NCBI GenBank assembly: GCA_038087875.1
Contig: CM075992.1
Location: 9,736,001 to 9,800,000 of the forward strand
DNA length: 64,000 nt
Origin: Malacoraja senta
Taxonomy: Eukaryota
Direction: 5' to 3'
The stretch's first letter is position 1. Every line of letters begins with the position of its first letter. The position numbers and the translations under genes were made by a program. The notes under the pieces were generated by a model. The model was not told the DNA's origin. It saw only the letters and a list, made by a program, of their open reading frames with translations, and searched no databases. Shown here in pieces: positions 60,770-64,000 of this stretch.

Positions 60770-62598
60770 ACCCCGAGGTAGGGGGGCTTGGTCTGGTAAG
60801 AAACACAACAAATGTTTCACACTCACAAATAGGGGGAAGGTTACGATTCTTCCTAAAAGAATGGCAATCAATAACAAATGATTCATTTATTCTATGTAGC
60901 ATTGTAGGATTCAAAATTGAGTTCACTCCACGTTTGGATCCTCCAATTCAGCATAATTCAAACTGGTCATGGATTTTCTCAAAGGAACAGAATAAGTTGA
61001 TCAAGGGAGAATTAAAACATTTATGCGGAAAAGGAGGTAATAGAAAAGTCAGTAGAACAACACCATCAGTTTGTGTCAAATATTTCCCAGAACAAAAAAG
61101 GATGGTGGATGTAGAATCCTTTCGGATCTGAAAAAATCTTAAACCTTTATGTACAATAGAAACATTCCAAAATGGAAACATTTACTAAATACCATTCAGC
61201 TGGTCACAAAGAATTGCTACATGGCAAGCACAGATCTGCAAAATGCATATTATTCTGTGAAATGCATGGTAATGATCAAAGATATTTGAAATTTAGATGG
61301 ATGTCAGTTATGGCAATTTAAAGCATTGCCCAATGGCCTGACATCAGCACCAAGATTATTCACTAAAATTACTCAAACCAATTTTAGCTCTGCTAAGAGC
61401 TGAGGGCCATGTATTAATGGTTTATTTAGAGGATATTCTGATTGTGCGGGACACTTTGGCTACTGCAATATTGTCAGTATCTAGAGTCAAATACATTTTG
61501 AAAAAATGGGTTTCATTATTCACCTACAAAAATCTAAATTGATACCAAGCAAGAATAATTGATTAGCCAGGGTTCACAATTAACTCTGAACACATGGTAA
61601 TCACCTTGCCAAAAGATAAAGCTCCAGTTAATTGAAGATTGCACTAAACTCATAAACGAGGACAAGCCTTCAATTAGAGAAGTGGCAAGCTTGCTGGGCA
61701 AATTAATTGCTGGGTTTCCAGCTGTCAGGTTTGGACCATTGCATTATCAATGTTTACAGAAGGCTAAGGTACAAGCATTAAAAATGAATACAGGGCATTT
61801 TGACAGGCCATGAAATTAACAATTGGATCCATTACAGAAATAGAATGGTGGATTAACAATGTCTCTAATGCTTCCAGAAAAGTTCTGGTAGAAACACTTT
61901 CCGTCATTCTACAGACTGATGTAAGTGCTCTTGGATGGGCGCAACTAACATGATTTCCAGCTGTGGAGGTAGGTGGAATGTCGATGAAGTACCTTTGCTT
62001 GAAAATTAAGGAATAAATTACCTAGAGCTGTTAGGAGCATTTCATGGCCTTAAAGCTTATTGCACTAATATGGGAAATGTGTATAATCAGGTACAGGTTG
62101 ACAATACTACAGCTGTAGCATACCTAAATCACATGGGTGGTATCAAATCAGAATCATGTGATAGATTGGCAAATGAAATTTGGACCTGGTGTATTGCCAG
62201 GAAAAATTTGGCTGTCAGCAATATATTTACCAGGTAAATTTAACTTAATTGCAGTCAAAATATCACGTAAATTTAATGATAATACAGAATGGATGTTAAA
62301 TCAGGAAATATTTACACAAATTGTAACACAATTTGGAATGCCAGAGATTGATTTGTTTGCATCAAGACTAAACCACCAATTGCCTAAATATGTGTCATGG
62401 GAACCTGATCCTGGTGCAGTAGCGGTGGATGCTTTCTCGCTACATTGGGGTGGTATGTTTCTGTATGCATTTCCACCATTTTGTTTAATCAACAGATGCA
62501 TACAGAAAATTAAACAAGACTCAGCCTCAGGGATTTTGGTAGTACCAGATTGGCCTACACAGCTATGGTACCCACTGGTGTTAAAAATGATCAAATAA
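60770..62598 (+). pseudogene. DIRS pol (RT, RNase H, MTase-like), heavily frameshifted
   Basis: EVGG...IGGRLRFFLKEW; INYLELL; PEIDLFASRLNHQ...YAFPPFCLI...VVPDWPTQLW. Confidence 0.88.
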
Positions 62599-62609
62599 AC
62601 CCTTATGAT

Positions 62610-63495
62610 TAGAAGCAGTACATTTCCTATATAAAGAAATGGGAGGTGTTTTGTTCAGGAAAGAATATTGCATATAACACAGCAGAAATTTCAGATGTAA
62701 TAGAGTTTCTTTAAACTCTATACTACAAATTAAAATTAAGTTATAGTGCAATCAATACTGCACGAAGTGCACTCTCTGCATATTTAAGCAGTGAATCAGA
62801 ACAAAATCCAATAGGATCACATCCTTGGGTCTGTAGGTTTATGAAAGGAATTTTCAACTCCAATCCTCCTAGACCTAGGTATACAAAAATCTGGAATGTA
62901 AAAGATGTACTGATGCTGCTGAGGGATTGGAATCCTAAATCACCATGAAATTGGTTATGCTCATGGCATTAGTTTCAGCTCAGAGTTCAAACATTACAGA
63001 AACTAAGAATTGACAGAATGAAGGTAGGGGCGAATGCCGTTACATTCTATGTCTATGATTTACTGAAGCAAAGTAGACCTGGGATCACGGGATGTAAGTT
63101 GGAGTTTTCAACATATCCTAGCAGTTCCACGGCTATGTGTAGTAACATATGTAAAATGTTACATAGAAACAACAAGAATCTTAAGAGGCACAGAATTGGC
63201 ATTTTTTATTAGTCATAAAAAGCCTCATAAGAAAGTGTCAACACAGACAATTTCAAGATGGTTGAAACAGGTGTTGATTTATTCAGGTATTGATACTGAT
63301 AAATTTAGATCACATTCCTCCAGGGCGGCATCAACATCGGCGGCCAGGGATTCGGATGTGCCAATAGACCTTATCCTCGCGGCCGCAGGATGGGCAAGTG
63401 AACAGATGTTTCACAAGTATTACCATAAGGAGATTAAAGATCTCGGGGTGTTTAGTGATGCCGTGCTGGATTCAGTATTAAATCCCCCATTATAA
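62610..63495 (+). pseudogene. DIRS tyrosine recombinase (disrupted)
   Basis: LSYSAINTARSALS; TISRWLK...RSHSSRAAS...AAGWASEQMFHKYY. Confidence 0.9.
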
Positions 63496-63660
63496 TAAAT
63501 GGGCCTAATTTGTTACTTTTGTTAAAATAAATAGAACCATTAACTGATTACATTTAATGTTTTGGTTATGCATTGTTGATTGTGCTTACTCAAATAGAGT
63601 CAATCAGTGCAGTGAGCACCTGGATTTTAATCCGCGGTGTGAAATCTCAGAGCTTTGAAA

Positions 63661-63773
63661 TCTTCACGTAGTCACTCACGTGACTCCGAAGTAAAATAGT
63701 AAGATTAAACGAGAACTTACCAGTTTGAAGTTTGATCTTTATTTTATGAGGAGTAACGTTGAGGGATTACGTG
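63661..63773 (+). repeat. DIRS copy 3 ICR
   Basis: Reverse complement of 58565-58600 joined to the reverse complement of 63911-63987. Confidence 0.95.
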
Positions 63774-64000
63774 CCCTCCTCATAAAAGGATCAAGCTGGT
63801 AGTTCTAAGTCTTTATGCATCTTACTATCATACTTCAGTAATTATCGTCTGTGATTGTCACTCCGCTGCTTTGAAAGATTGACGCGTGTGCGGCTGGACG
63901 GGGTCTTCTTCACGTAATCCCTCAACGTTACTCCTCATAAAATAAAGATCAAACTTCAAACTGGTAAGTTCTCGTTTAATCTTACTATCAATCTTCAAGA

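Larger units (their letters stand above)
58564..63988 (+). mobile_element. DIRS-like retrotransposon copy 3 (both ends intact, interior degenerate with insertions)
   Basis: Left end ATTTTACTTCGGAG; ITR cores 58591-58627 and 63880-63916; ICR 63661-63773; RT, RH, MT and YR remnants. Confidence 0.95.

Overview
Repeat-dense vertebrate non-coding DNA. I recognised no host protein-coding exon. The SINE content (HE1/V-SINE type with (CTAAA)n tails and matching CR1 3' ends) points to a cartilaginous fish, probably a skate or ray (inference). The dominant features are three diverged, same-strand DIRS-type tyrosine-recombinase retrotransposons at 7022-11782, 34713-37785 (3'-truncated) and 58564-63988. 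They show non-identical ITRs, internal complementary regions (ICR) and degenerate gag/RT/RNase H/adenine-methyltransferase-like/YR coding regions. Around them are many CR1, Rex1/Babar, RTE and Penelope-like fragments, more than 20 HE1-like SINEs, six PIF/Harbinger-type MITEs, hAT-like MITEs, a Tc1 end, a GC-rich non-autonomous retroposon family and low-complexity tracts. The most notable observations are: an in-frame gag-pol junction and a position-conserved AG|GTAAGT donor in the DIRS copies; ICR/terminus covariation; a half DIRS bracketed by a perfect 113-bp flank duplication; and many minimal hammerhead-ribozyme cores in Penelope-type repeats. Family names come from motif recognition, not database searches, and repeat-fragment boundaries are approximate.
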